NCBI GenBank assembly: GCA_951406725.2
Contig: OX597818.1
Span: 22,506,001-22,570,000 of the forward strand
Direction: 5' to 3'
Origin: Octopus vulgaris
Lineage: Eukaryota
DNA: 64,000 nt
The translations under genes and the position numbers were made by a program. How positions within the stretch are numbered: position 1 is the first letter of the stretch; the number at the start of each line of letters is the position of its first letter. This document shows, in pieces, positions 1-13,234 of the stretch. The notes under the pieces were generated by a model that worked only from the letters and a program-made list of their open reading frames with translations, was not told the origin of the DNA and did not search any database.

Positions 1-367
1 AGTGATATACTGAATATCACTGAGGTGATGGACGAACAAGGACTAAAAGTGAAGAACAACATACAGGTAGGACAGAAAATTATGGACAGAAGCAATTTAA
101 ATAGTAACAGAAATTATACACACATGCAAGTGTGTGCATATATGCTTATGCATGAGTTTGACTTAGCATGTTCATGCATTTATACGGGATTGGGAGGTAG
201 AATTGTGTTTATACCAGCTCACTCCTTGTGGAAACATATAAAAAACGGTGTGTGGGGGATATTTGGTTGTATAGTACCTTTTCAATAAGACTCATCTAAC
301 CCATGCTGGCATGGAAAAATTGGATGTAAAAATGATGATGATGATGATGATGGTAATATAGATATGT

Positions 368-599
368 ATTTCTTTACTACCCACAAGGGGCTAAACACAG
401 AGGGGACAAACAAGGACAGACAAACTGATTAAGTCGATTACATCGACCCCAGTGCGTAACTGGTATTTAATTTATCGACCCAGAAAGGATGAAAGGCAAA
501 GTCAACCTCGGCGGAATTTGAACTCAGAACGTAACAGCAGACGGAATACGGCTACGCATTTCGCCCGGCGTGATAACGTTTCTGCCAGCTCGCCGCCCT
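368..599 (-). mobile_element. tRNA-derived SINE, family B (head GGCGGCGAGCTGGCAGAAACGTT)
   Basis: Reverse complement matches the + strand copy at 45632-45858. It has a B-box-like GAGTTCAAATTCC and a flanking direct repeat TAGATATG. Confidence 0.8.
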
Positions 600-613
600 T
601 AGATATGAGTTTA

Positions 614-1412
614 CTAGCAGCATAGCCCGGCGTTGCCCGGGTATGTAAGAGCCCCTAGTAGGCAACGACTAATCCCAATCTAGTCCTTTCCCTCTAGGGA
701 ACGAAGGCGCATGTGTAGGTTGCAATGTCTTCTCTTCACTCCTAAATAACTATCAAACAGCTATCGATAATTCAACCCAACCAATTCCTACCAGGAAGAA
801 ATAACATTCGAGACTTTACCCCCAACACCGCCACTTCTGCTAATAGCTGCTGCAGCCGCAAGTTATTCGAATACTTTTTTTGTTTACACTTTCTTTATAA
901 CTACCACCCCAAACGTTTTACCTTAAATTTTTGATGTACCCTAAGGGTCCTCGGACGCTACTTGCAAACTGTTGGTTTATTATAAACCGCTTTTGTCGTG
1001 TGCATCAAAAAACCTTTTCCATTCGTTTGTTCAGTTTGGTCACTTTTGACTTTTTCGTTGTTGTCACTCACATTGCTGCCCGCTTTTTTGCCGGTTTTGT
1101 ACATTTTTAAACATTTTGGGATACTTACCCCACGTGTTCCGAGAGTTAAAAAGGTCGAGTCGCGTCCCCTAAACAGTCTGTAGAAAATGTGTTGCATATA
1201 AAAAGTTTAGATTCTCGATCCATGTCGAATTTATCGATTTTTTTTCAGAACTGGGGGAACTTTTCAAAATTTTCGCTGCGTTAGTTTTGAATTATGACAT
1301 TGGGCTACATGTGTGTCAAGTTTCACCAGAATCGGTTGAAAGCAGTGGTCAGGGTGAGGGTACAACCTGACAGACACACAGACAGACAAACTGCCGTTTA
1401 TATATAGAGAGA
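614..1412 (-). mobile_element. Non-autonomous Helitron-type element
   Basis: On the minus strand it starts TC(TCTATATAT), ends CTAG, sits between host A and T without a TSD, and has a subterminal GC hairpin CCCGGGCAACGCCGGG (626-641). Termini are shared with 20529-20919. Confidence 0.8.
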
Positions 1413-1884
1413 TGTTTGTGCTTGCATCAGGTTGTTAGTCATTACATTAAAAAGTAACCAACCAAGCCATTTATTAAAGAGATTTTGATGAAACATACTG
1501 GACTGAAATATAACTAGTGGAGCTTTATAAAATCAACTAAATCTATCGAAAGCAGTGCTCCAGCATGGCCAGAGCCCAGTGACTGAAACCGATAAAAGGA
1601 TTATAGAATGTAATCCTAGATATACCATGCCCGAATGAAAGAGAGGATGGCATCAAATGTAACTTTGCTCATAGGTTTACTTGATCAAGACAGACCTAGG
1701 GCTAAATAGCACCAACACTAAATTAAACGTCCTTTATTCACACAAACTTTGTCCAGTTTACACATCACATATCCAAACACACATACATAACCCATTTCCT
1801 TTACAAATACAGTACCCTTGCCCTACTAGAAACAGCAGCTAAATCTCACATGAATTATGAATGTAATATGTGTGAGAGTGTCTC

Positions 1885-2283
1885 TCTTTTACTCGTTTCA
1901 GTCATTTGACTGCGGCCATGCTGGAGCACCGCCTTTAATCGAGCAACTTGACCCCGGGACTTATTCTTTTGTAAGCCCAGTACTTATTCTATCGGTCTCT
2001 TTTGCCGAACCGCTAAGTGGCGGGGACGTAAACACACCAGCATCGGTTGTCAAACAATGCTAGGGAGACAGACACAGACACACAAACATACACGCACACA
2101 CACATATATATATATATACATATATACGACGGGCTTCTTTCAGTTTCCGTCTACCAAATCCACTCACAAAGCATTGGTCGGCCCGGGGCTATAAGCAGAA
2201 GACACTTGCCCAAGGTGCCACGCGGTGGGACTGAACCCGGAACCATGTGGTTGGTTAGCAAGCTACTTACCACACAGCCACAC
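1885..2283 (-). mobile_element. tRNA-derived SINE, family A, with internal microsatellite
   Basis: Near-identical reverse complement of 40196-40575: head TGGCTGTGTGGTAAG...GGTTCAGTCCC, CORE-like CCTTGGGCAAGT, internal (CA)/(TA) tract, tail GACTGAAAC.AGTAAAAGAG. Confidence 0.85.
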
Positions 2284-3589
2284 TGAAACAAAAAGACAAA
2301 AATTAACCATTAATGTTGCGTGACAAACTTCAGCGGTGTGAGTTGTGTTGTGGTTGCGGTGAAGTAAGCAATAAAAGAATATGATATCATGTGATATGAC
2401 GCGATATAACACGGTGTGATTGGGTACTGTTTTGTGTGGTATTGGTGGTGGTGGGGGGAATGGTGTGTTGTTGGGAAGAAGAAGCAGAATGATGTGTTGT
2501 TGCAGGAGAAGCAGATTTAACTATATCACACTACGACAGACAACAGACAGACGACACAGTATAAAGGTATGTTTGAAGTGATGACGAAGATAATATGCAA
2601 AGGAAGGAGGGCTGTTAACAAGACACAAACAAATCCCACCCCACCCCCTTAAAATATTAAAGATACATCAAAGGAGAGAAAAGAAAGAGAAAGATGATTT
2701 ATTCAGTGTTTTCTTTTTTTGTTTTGGTTCGTTTAATATTGTTTCCTTTTTTTTTATTTTTGCTTAATTTTGGTTGTTTGTATTGCGTTTTATAACTTCG
2801 TTGTTTGTTTTTAAGTTTATTCTCATGCTTTTTTTTATTTCTTCTTCTTAGTCTTGTTCTAATGAAAGACGAAAGTGAAAGAATTAATAAAAATATTTCG
2901 GGAGATGAAAGGCAAAACTACAACAGTTTCTCCTGACTAGACACAAAAGCCTTAACTAGAACAACAACAACAAACTAGAAATGACTTGTTCGTGCCTACC
3001 CCCACCCTTACACACATCAATATACATGCATGCAACCCTTTTCTGAAATTTTCTAAGGTACAAGAAGAAACAATTACCCTTTATTTATGTATAACTGTTT
3101 TATTTTACAGCATATTATTATTATTGATGTTGTTATTGTTCTTGTCATCTCTTTTCTCACCCAATCCCGCCACTCACCTGCCTCCTTTTAAAAAGCATTT
3201 AATTCGTAAAAATAGAATTTTTGAATGAAATATGAGAACAAAATTTTCTTTCTTCTTTCTTCTTCTTCCCATTCCTTTCATTTCATTTATACCGAAAAAG
3301 ATGAAAGGATTAATAAAACCGATGATGATGATGATGAAGAAAATGACGATGGTGGTTGAAATGGTGTTCTTGTTGGGGACGGCGCTGGTGGTGGTGGTAG
3401 CGATAATGATAATGAAGAGGAGGCTGATTTGATTTCTTTTGATAAGACATAAAGAGCTGTAATTTTAGGAGAAAGGAGAAGGAAAGAGACTTGGTAAATG
3501 ATGTGAAATTCATGCCTTTCCTAAGGGAAACAGTAGCTTAAATGACGCAAATTACATTCATTAGCAATGATAATAATAATAATAATAAT

Positions 3590-3815
3590 AATCCTTTCTT
3601 CTCGAGGCACAAGGACTGAAATTTTTTAGGGGGCGGTAGGGCTAGTCATTAACATCGACCCCAGTACCCAACTGTTACTTATTTCATCAATCTTGGAAGG
3701 ATGAAAGGCAAAACTGACCTTGGCAGAATTTGAACTCAAAACCAAGAAGTGGACAAAATGCCACTAAGAATTTTATCTGGTGTGCAATTGATTTTACAAG
3801 CTTGCTGCCTTATAA

Positions 3816-3846
<31 letters not shown>

Positions 3847-4060
3847 TTTCAAACTTTGGCACAAAGCTAGCAATTTAAGTGGGAACAATTTAGTTGATAA
3901 CATTGACCCCCCCACCAGTGTTCAACTGGTACTTATTTTATTGACCCCCAATAGGATGAAAGGTAAAGCTGACCATAATGAAATCTGAACTCAGAATAAA
4001 GAGCCAGAAAAAAATGTTGCTAAGAATTTTGTCCAAACTACAAATACAAATGCTTCTGCC
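3590..4060 (-). mobile_element. Two tandem decayed family B SINE copies
   Basis: The motifs CATCGACCCCAGT / GGATGAAAGG / ATTTGAACTCA occur twice, separated by a (GAT)n tract. Confidence 0.65.
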
Positions 4061-4101
4061 AACTTGAATAACAAGAACAAAAACAATCCAATTAACAACA
4101 T

Positions 4102-4457
4102 CTCTTTTACTTGTTTCAGTCATTTGACTGCGACCATGCTGGAGCACCGCCTTTAGTCAAGCAAATCGACCCCAGGACTTATTCTTTGTAAGTCTAGTAC
4201 TTATTCTATCGGTCTCTTCTGCTGAACTGCTAAGTTACGGGGACGTAAACACACCGGTTGTCAAGCAATGTTGGGGGGGGGGGACAAACATAAACACACA
4301 TATACAACGGGCTTCTTTCAGTTTCCATCTACCAAATCCACTCAAGGCTTTGGTTGGCTCGAGGCTATAGTAGAAGACACTTGCCCAAGGTGCCACGCAG
4401 TGGGAATGAACCCGGAACCATGTGGTTGGTAAGCAAGCTTCTAACCACACAGCCACT
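4102..4457 (-). mobile_element. SINE family A
   Basis: Colinear with 1885-2283. Confidence 0.85.
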
Positions 4458-4619
4458 CAACAATAAATATTTCAATAGTGGAGGCACATTCTGAAAGTAT
4501 AGTTTTCAGATTAAGAATACAGTGGAAAAAAAGATCAGGATACTTTTATCTTTAGTGACAACTAAGGGTTTCTTTCTCTGGGCAAAGAACAAATTGCATA
4601 ATGCTTGAGTAGGAAATAT

Positions 4620-6190
4620 AATGTTGCAGGATAGTGTAACATGGGCTTTGACTGTGAGGGATGTGTGAAGGATGGAAAGACATGAGACTAGTATACATCG
4701 CTGGGTGTGTGCAAAGAATATTGGGACATTAGTGAGCTGAGGGTAAAACTAAAAACAAGAAGAACTGGATGAATTGTACAAGAAAGAAGACTTTGTTGGT
4801 ATGGACATGTGATGTGTATGGAAGATGGCTATTGGGTATGTATCAAGTGATCTAAATGGAAGGTAACTGTGGTAGAGAAAGACCAAAGAAGATCTGGGAA
4901 GAAGGGGTGAAAGCTGATCTTGGGAGGCTGAACCTCACTCACAAAGGAGATGATAAAAGACTGCAACAAGTTGAATGATGAATAGAGATAGTAGACAGCT
5001 TCTGTTACCTAGGTGATCAAGTTAGTAGTGGAAGTGGATTCTCAGAGAGCATAGCTGTCAGAATAAGATTAGGCTGGGCAAGGTTTAGAGAGCTCTTACC
5101 TCTGCTAGCAACAAAGGGCCTCTCTCTCTCAGAGTAAATGGCAGACTGTATGATGCCTGTGAGTGAACAGCTATGCTGCATGGTAGTGAAACATGAGCTG
5201 TGACAGCCGAGGACATGTGTAGGCTTGAAAGAAATGAAGCTGGTATGCTTCGCTGGATGTGCAATGTCAGAGTGCATGCTCAACAGAGTGTAAACATCTT
5301 GAGAGAAAAGTTAGGCATAAGAGGCATAAGATATGGTATGCAAGAGAGACAAATGTGCTGGTATGGCTATGTGATGCATATGGATGAGGACAGCTGTGTA
5401 AAGTGCCGATCCCTAACTGTGGAGGGAACTTGTGGTAGAGGTAGACCCAGGAAGACATGGGATGAGGTGGTGAAGCATGTTCTTCAAACTTTGGGCCTCA
5501 CAGAGACAATGACTAGTGACTGAAACCTTTGATGATATGCTGTGCTGAAGACCCGCCAAGCCAAGTGAAATTGCAGTCGCAGCTGATGCTGGTGTCATGT
5601 AACTAACACCCATGCAGGTGGCATGTAAAAAGCACCTTTCGAGTGTTGAACCTCACAGAGGCAAAGTGGTTGAACTTCTTTCGAATGTTGGGTTTCACAG
5701 AGGCAATGACAGGGACCTTTCACATTAGGTTGTGCTTGAGAAGAAGACTCATCAAGCCAAGTAAAATTGCAGTCATGGTAGATACTGGTGTTACACAAAT
5801 GGCACCTGTGCTGATGGCACATAAAAGCAACTTTTGAGCATTGGGCCTCACAGAGGCAAGGACTGAGACCATTTGGCATTATGCCAGACTTTGAGCATTG
5901 GGTTTCACAGAGGCAATGACTATTTGGCATTATGCTGTGCTTGAGAAGAAGACCCATCAAGTCAAGTAAAACCACAGTCATGGCAGATACCAGTGTCACC
6001 CAAATGGCACCTGTGCTGGTGGCATGTAAAAGCACTCATTACAATCTTGGAGTGGTTGGCATTAGAAAGGGCATCCAGCCATAGAAATCAGGCCAAAACA
6101 AGCTGGAGTCTGGTGAAGCCTTCCAGACCTGGTCAAACCATCCAACCCATGCCAGCATGGACAACAGACGTTAAATGATGATGATGATTT
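4620..6190 (+). mobile_element. RTE-clade LINE 3' fragments (two stacked, 5'-truncated, pseudogenised) with 3' UTR and (GAT)n tail
   Basis: ORF 5200-5523 (LERNEAGMLRWMCNV...WYGYVMHMDED...GRGRPRKTWDEVVK) and upstream DSFCYLGD / IRLGWARF (~4990-5085) are typical of the RTE RT C-terminus. An older homologous copy lies at 4620-4960. The element ends CCAACCCATGCCAGCATGG...GTTAAATGATGATG. Confidence 0.85.
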
Positions 6191-7724
6191 AAAAACAGAA
6201 TTATAAAATTTTAGTTTGAGATAAGACAAATCTTCCACAAACAATGTAAACACTGAAAATGTAAGCATATCATAAATGTGTTTTTATATTTATATGTGCA
6301 TACATATAGTATACATGAATCCTTTGATCAAACGATGGGAGACAACTTAGTGCTATGCACATCATGATAATGTACTGCCCACCAATATCAAGTAACAGCC
6401 ACATTCTTGTTGAATAAGACATAATGAATGATATCAAAGCTAGGAAAAATATGGTTGTAAACAACAGCATCTTTTTCCTGAGACAGTATGTATTTTTTAC
6501 ACACACACAACACAGAGTTAGAATAATCCATCTGACATAACTCAAAAGTGAATGCCAATGAAATTATTAAAAACATCAGATTCAACTACAATTCTTGTGA
6601 GTGATTTTTTAAAATATTTTGTTAATATTCAGTTTTAATACATTTTATATGCACTCATTTTGAGCTCTATTGCCTTTTAGTATTGAGTGCTTGTGTGTGT
6701 GTGTGTGTGCGTGCACGTGTGCATTCGATAAATCACTCTTGGAAAAACTTTGAAGTTAACTTTTCTAAAATATGTTTTAGGATCTACCACCTTATGTATT
6801 GGGTCTTTTCTTCAGTGAATATTTGTTGTCCATTTTTCTGTCAAGATCAACTTAGCCTTTCATCCTTTCGGGGTTGATAAAATAAGTACCAGTCAAGCAC
6901 TGGGGTCAATGTAATCGACTAGTCCCCTATCCACAAAATTTCAGGCTCGGTGCCTTTAGTAGAAAGGAATATTTGTTGTCCACAATGATTAAGAAACCCT
7001 TATTACTAATATATAGATTTGTGAAATATAAAAGTACATAATATGGAGATGATGATGATATAGTTGTTGAGCCACAAGTCTGCCTTAACTGAGCAGATCT
7101 ACCTTCAATCTTTTACTTGTTTCAGTCATTAGATAGCGGCCATACTGGAGCACCACCTTGAAGGATTTTAGCTGAATGAATCAATTCCAGTACTTCTTTT
7201 TAAAACCTGGTACTTATTCTATTGGTCTATTTTGCCAAACAGCTAAGACATGGGGATGTAAATACACCAACACCGGTTGACAAGCAGATACAAACACACA
7301 TATATATCCTTGTTGTTGGTTTCATTACATATCCAAGAATTTACTGTCTTCTTTATGGTGGTGGCATTGACGACTAAATAGATCTATTCTTGCACAGAAG
7401 ACTCAAAGGTAATGACTGCATGGTAATGTTGTTAGAAGATGAGATTGATTTTGTTGAGCCTTTCTCTCCTGTTGTTTGATTCCTTCCTTTTCTCTCTTTG
7501 TTTCCATCCACCAAATCCACTCACAAGGCTTTGAATAGCCCAAGGCTATAGTAGAAGACACTTGCCCAAGGTGCCATGCAATGGGACTGAACCTAGAACC
7601 ATGTAGTTCAGAAGGAAACTTCTTACCTCACAGCCACACTTGCGCTTATCTAAGATCAAAGGTTTTTCTAGATCTGACCCTATCTTTCTGTATTTCTTTT
7701 TAAAATTTGACATATATATATATT

Positions 7725-7936
7725 CTTTTACTTGTTTCAGTCATTTGACTGTGACCATGCTGGAGCACCGCATTTAGTCAAGCAAATCACCCCCAGGACT
7801 TATTCTTTGTTAGCCTAGTACTTATTCTATCAGTCTCTTTTGCCAAACCACTAGGTCATGGGGACGTAAACACACCAACATTGGTTGTCAAGCAATGGTG
7901 GGGGGACAAACAGACACACAAACATATACATACACA

Positions 7937-7988
<52 letters not shown>

Positions 7989-8142
7989 ACGGGCTTCTTT
8001 CAGTTTCTGTCTACCAAATCCACTCACAAGGCTTTGGTCGGCCCAAGGCTATAGTAAAAGACACTTGCCCAAGGTGCCACGCAGTGGGACTGAACCCGGA
8101 ACCATTGGTTGGTAAGCACGCTACTTACCACACAGCCACTCC
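7725..8142 (-). mobile_element. SINE family A
   Basis: Colinear with the other family A copies and has an internal (TA)n. A split partial copy lies at ~7108-7645. Confidence 0.8.
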
Positions 8143-8750
8143 ATATATATATATATGGTGTGTAATGTGTTTACTTTCTTGAAGATAAGGTATAGTGTAA
8201 TTTGAAGGAGATTTGGCTGCTATTTCTTAGCAGGTCACGCAATCACTCAAAGACTTTTCTCTTAGATTTCATTATGATGATGATGATGATGATAACAATG
8301 ACAGTGCATTGGTTGTGGTGATTTTGACAATGATTGTGATGACTAGTAGGAAACAACATACGTGGAAACAGATTAAAGCATTAAAAGCAACCACCACCAC
8401 CATTAACAATCTATCACCACTGCCACCACTACCGGCAGCATGAATACCAATAAAAACAACAACAATAATAGGCCTTTAATGACAAGAAGAAAAGCAAATG
8501 GAATGCAAAAATCTTGTAGTTGTTGAAGAGAGAAATATTTAGAAAAAAATGTCCTCCTTCTGTGGTTATTTTTCTCACTTTTTGCTTTATTTCTTTAACT
8601 TGTGTTGTTGTTTTTTTTTTGTCTTTTTTGTTTGTTCGTCTGATTCAATTTCTTATTTATTGTTTTAATATTTCTATTTCTAAATTTATTTTTTCCACCA
8701 CTTCAATCCCGAAATTAGCAATGAACTGAAGACAAGAAAGAGAAAAGAAA

Positions 8751-8811
<61 letters not shown>

Positions 8812-9636
8812 TACATACATACACATTATACACAGAGAAAAGCAAGGAGATAGAGAAGGAGAGAGACGTATGTAGCTCTGATTTATGGTATGTGTGTACA
8901 TGAGCATTTGTGTATGTAATGCAAGAGAATATAATTGGAAAGAGAAGGTGAGAAAACATACGAAAAGTGAAAGAGAGAAAGAGGAGAGAAGAAGAAAATA
9001 GAGAATGAAAAGAAAACAAAAGCAATGAGGAAGACTAAGATGAAATGAGAAAAGATATATCGAAGAAAACAGAGAGAGATGAAGGCAGAGATGGTTTGCG
9101 TGGAGGGAGAATAAAACTTGAAAGATGCTCGCACTTAGTGAAAAGAAAGCATTTAGTTCCAATGAGCCATGAAGAAATAGACTGATGATGATGAAAGAAG
9201 AATGAGGATGGAGGGAATGGCATGGTGATGGGGATGGTAGTGGGGGGGTAATGTCATATGGTGGATTGTGATATGGTAGAGTGTTGGTGTTGTTGGTGTT
9301 GCTGCTGGTGCTGTTGTTGTTGTTGTTGTTGTTTAACCCCAGGTCAGCTCTGATCAAGCAAACATGTGATCAAAGGAAATCTCTAGCTGCAGTCAACATA
9401 TTTCTTTTGTTTGTGTATGAGTGTGTGTGTGAGCATGTGTGTGTGTGTGTGTGTGCATGCGCGTGTGTGTGTATGTGCGTGTGTGTGTGTGTGTGGTTAA
9501 GAAGCTTGCTTTGCAAACATGTGGTTCTAGGTTCAGTCCCACAGCAGCAACATTCGCAAGTGTCATCTAATTAGCCCCAGACCAACCAATGTCTTGTGAG
9601 TGAAGTAGTAGCATACAGAAACACATACACAATATG

Positions 9637-9681
<45 letters not shown>

Positions 9682-9744
9682 CGCCATGTTGGATTGTTAG
9701 CTCCTACACACATTTTTTTTCTCTCCTTGTTTCTTTTCTGTGTA

Positions 9745-9782
9745 TCTTTCTGTTGAAGAGCGTAGGCTCGAAACGTAAAAGA
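9745..9782 (+). ncRNA. Minimal type I hammerhead ribozyme-like motif (A6U core variant) in a (TA)n-flanked cassette, 9678-9880
   Basis: UCUUU-CUGUUGA-A-GAGC(GUAG)GCUC-GAAA-CG-UA-AAAGA: 5-bp stem I, 4-bp stem II, palindromic ACGU stem III, GUA cleavage triplet. Confidence 0.65.
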
Positions 9783-10086
9783 CTTGTTTTATTTCTATTC
9801 CTGAGCGCCATACTAATACAATTGTTTGTTTGTACTCCACCTGCCTTTGTCTTTTGTTTATTTTCGTAAACCTTCCCGTTATATATATATATGTATCTAG
9901 GGTGGGTAAAATTCCTGATATATATATATATATATAACATATATATAAGAGGGATGACCACTAGGTGGACATCCAATATGCTAAAAGTAAACCCCATATG
10001 GTCAGATCACTAAGAAAAAATTGTTTTCAAGAAAATTCGGCAAACTTCAGAATGTAAGTGAGCAAGACAAATGAAAAGATACAAAA

Positions 10087-10153
10087 TATACCAGGTTTCA
10101 TTGTTACCATTTTACATATTTACATACATAAATGTCTGCAATTCATCAGTGCA
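10087..10153 (-). ncRNA. Decayed type I hammerhead motif in a (TA)n-adjacent cassette (~9945-10200)
   Basis: Minus strand reads GCA-CUGAUGA-AUUG...CAAU-GAAA-CCUGG-UA-UAU. The core is intact, stem II is closed, and stem I has a mismatch. Confidence 0.5.
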
Positions 10154-10255
10154 ACCATCATATAATATATAAGTTGTAGAACTGTACATGAGACGTCTAC
10201 ATGATATTAATCAAATTGATATCAATTTTTTACCCTTATTATTTAAATTTATACA

Positions 10256-10286
<31 letters not shown>

Positions 10287-10312
10287 ATGTATATATATAT
10301 ATATATATATAT

Positions 10313-10482
10313 ATACTATATTTTAACGTGTATAAAGAACCCTCATGTATAAGGAACTCCTTAATTTTGGGGGCTTAAAATTTGGAAAAATGGTTTTATA
10401 AAGGATTATAATACTATCTGTGTATAAGAAACTCCCATACTTTTTAACTGAATTTTTGACAAAAAAGGGTTCTTTTCACACG
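10313..10482. mobile_element. Probable Tc1/mariner-superfamily MITE remnant
   Basis: Begins TACTATATTTTAACGTGTATAA, carries internal repeats GTGTATAAG.AAC.CC, and has a weak inverted right end GGGTTCTTTTCACACG. It sits in TA context. Confidence 0.4.
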
Positions 10483-11134
10483 CACACACACATATATATA
10501 TACATACAAAAAAATTTAGCCTCTTGTAACCTTTTATCCAAAATGGAGACGAGTACCAAGACTTCCATGTGGTATGCATGAACAATTGTGAAGATCACTC
10601 CACATGAAACCATTAGTTGCCTTGTTAACCTACAAATAAAGAATTATTTCTCAAACATATTCTGGCAGAATTGTTAGTACATCAACCAAAATACTTAGCA
10701 GCATTTCATCCGTCTTCATATTCTGAGTTCAAATTCTGCTGAGGTTGAATTTGCCTTCCATCCTTTCGGGGGTCAATAAAAAGTACTGGGCCGATATAAT
10801 CGACTTAGCCCCTCCCTTGAAATTGCTGACCTTTTGCCAAAATTTGAAATCAATTGTATTGTGGTGTGGTGCTATAAAATATGTTGTGATGTTTGTTTTA
10901 AAGTGGGTTAACCCTAATTTAGCCCTGTTTGAGGTGTTCTAGCTTAGATCCTTTAGTTTGGGACTTTTAACACATAATATTCAATGTATCCTTCAGTTTT
11001 GAGGGAGATGTGGCTGTTATTTCTAGTAGGTCAGTAGCCATGTAGGTGTGTGCAGTGGTGAGTCATGTAGCATAAAGTGGTGTCATGTAATCTAATGTAG
11101 CATAGTGTGTTTAAGTGTAGTCGGTGTACTAGAT

Positions 11135-11508
11135 GCAGGCTTGGCTGAGTGGTAAGAAGCCTGCATCGCAACTGCATGGTTCCGGGTTCAGTTTCACTGT
11201 GTGGAACCTTGGGCAAGTGTCTTCTACTATAGCCTCAGGCTAACCAAAATCTTGTGAGTGGATTTGGTAGACGATAACTGAAAGAAGCCCATAGTATGTG
11301 TGTGTGTGTGTCTGTTTGTGCCCCATCGCTGCTTGATAACTGGCATTGGTGTGTTTACCTCCCTGTATCTTAACTGTTCAGTAAAAGAGACCGATAGTGC
11401 CAAACTTTAAAAAAACAAGCACTGGGGTCGATTCATTCGACTAAAAAATTTTCAAGGTGGTGCTCTAGCGTGGCCACAGTCTAATGACTGAAACAAGTAA
11501 AAGGTAAA
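11135..11508 (+). mobile_element. SINE family A
   Basis: Full head-to-tail match to family A. Confidence 0.8.
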
Positions 11509-12164
11509 GTGGTGTAGGATAGAATGGTGTAGAGTTGTAGTGCAATGTGATGTGGCGTTACAAGAAAACTAGTATTTTCAACAGAAGAAGGAAAATGGCT
11601 GCATGAGAAAGAGGGAGGGAGAGGGAAAGAGAGAGAAAGCTGGCAAATGAAAAAATGCATTCACACATTTACATGTTTATCACATGTAAGTAAAGCACAC
11701 ATGTACACATGTACATGCACACACATGCATACACACATGCGTGTGTGCATGCAATATAACAGAATATGAACTGCAGGGGTATAACAGAATATGAACTCTA
11801 AGGAGTATTTTGACTAGCTAAAAATAGCAGCCAAATTTTTCTCTTAATGACATCCCAAGGTCTTAAATAAGGATGGACATACTACGGCTGAAAATAAAAC
11901 AGGAAGGAAGGTCGTGAATGGAACACCTTTGAACAACATTATAACAGAATTCTAAAAACCACCACCACAGCCTTATCAACGGTATCACCACAACCACCTC
12001 CACTGCTGTTACTACTACTACTACCACCACCAGCACCACCACTGCCTTATCAACATTATCACTGCAATCACTAACACTATTACCATTACAAACTCACAAC
12101 CATCATCACTAACGACTATATGCTATCTTCACTACTCCCATTAACAATCATAACTTCCACCACC

Positions 12165-12196
<32 letters not shown>

Positions 12197-12451
12197 CAAC
12201 AAAACAACAACAATTTCACTAATACCATCAGCCATATCTCCAAACCTCTACCAGCACCATCTCTACCACAATCTCACCAATACTTCAAAGAGTCTTTTAT
12301 TTGAAACTTCCCTGCTCCTCTCCCTGCCACCATTTAAAAATATTTATTTCATATTATAATTCTGTTTTCTTCTTTAAACCTCTTTAAAATTAATCTCAGT
12401 TAATTCGGGGTGTGGATTCAAGGTAAAGGGTAAGAATAGGAAAGAAAGAAA

Positions 12452-12488
<37 letters not shown>

Positions 12489-13234
12489 TCATCAGCAGGG
12501 GTGATAAAGACAGCCCTGCCCCCACCAAGTAGGGGATGAAGTCTCGTAATCTCACTCCCCACCTTTGATGACTCGGCAATATTGGTGGTGCTTTGGTCTC
12601 TGAAGCATTGTCATTCTTCTCCTCTTCCTCTTCCTCCTCTTCGTCATATCACATTCGTCATTTCTCATCGTCATCATAATGATCAATTTTCATCCATCAT
12701 GTTTACATTATGTTTCATCTCCAGACATCAATACAATCTGCAATTATCACATACAATCATTACTACTACTACTACTACTACTACTGGTATCACCGCTGCT
12801 ACCGCCACCACCACTGCCACATGTTGTTCACGCCATCATGACACTATACAGGTCACAATCCACCACCAGTATGCACCTGTACCCCTGTTTCCACACACTT
12901 ACAATACATGTTCTTATCACCCTCTTCATACCACCCTAGTGGTTACCATCCATAAGTATCAGATGTACATACCATTATAACATACTGTTATACTAGTTAT
13001 CATTCATTACCATTATGTGTCCATGGTAACCAAACATGACATAATATGGAAACTCTAGAATGTCATGAATTTATTATGTATTTGTTTCACAAGATTCTTT
13101 GTGTCAAAAAAAAAAAAAGCTGAAACTGGTATTCGTTTACATTGGGAGGATCATTCTCCTAATATAGATGCACACACTGGTTGTAGTTCACTTCTTTATT
13201 GTAATTGATTATTAATTATATTAACTATATTAAT

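Noticed and set aside
3168-3250. Consensus minus-strand splice donor CAG|GTGAGT near 3178 (and a weaker one near 30680)
   Set aside because: No coding-like upstream exon or convincing acceptor. It cannot be supported without RNA data.
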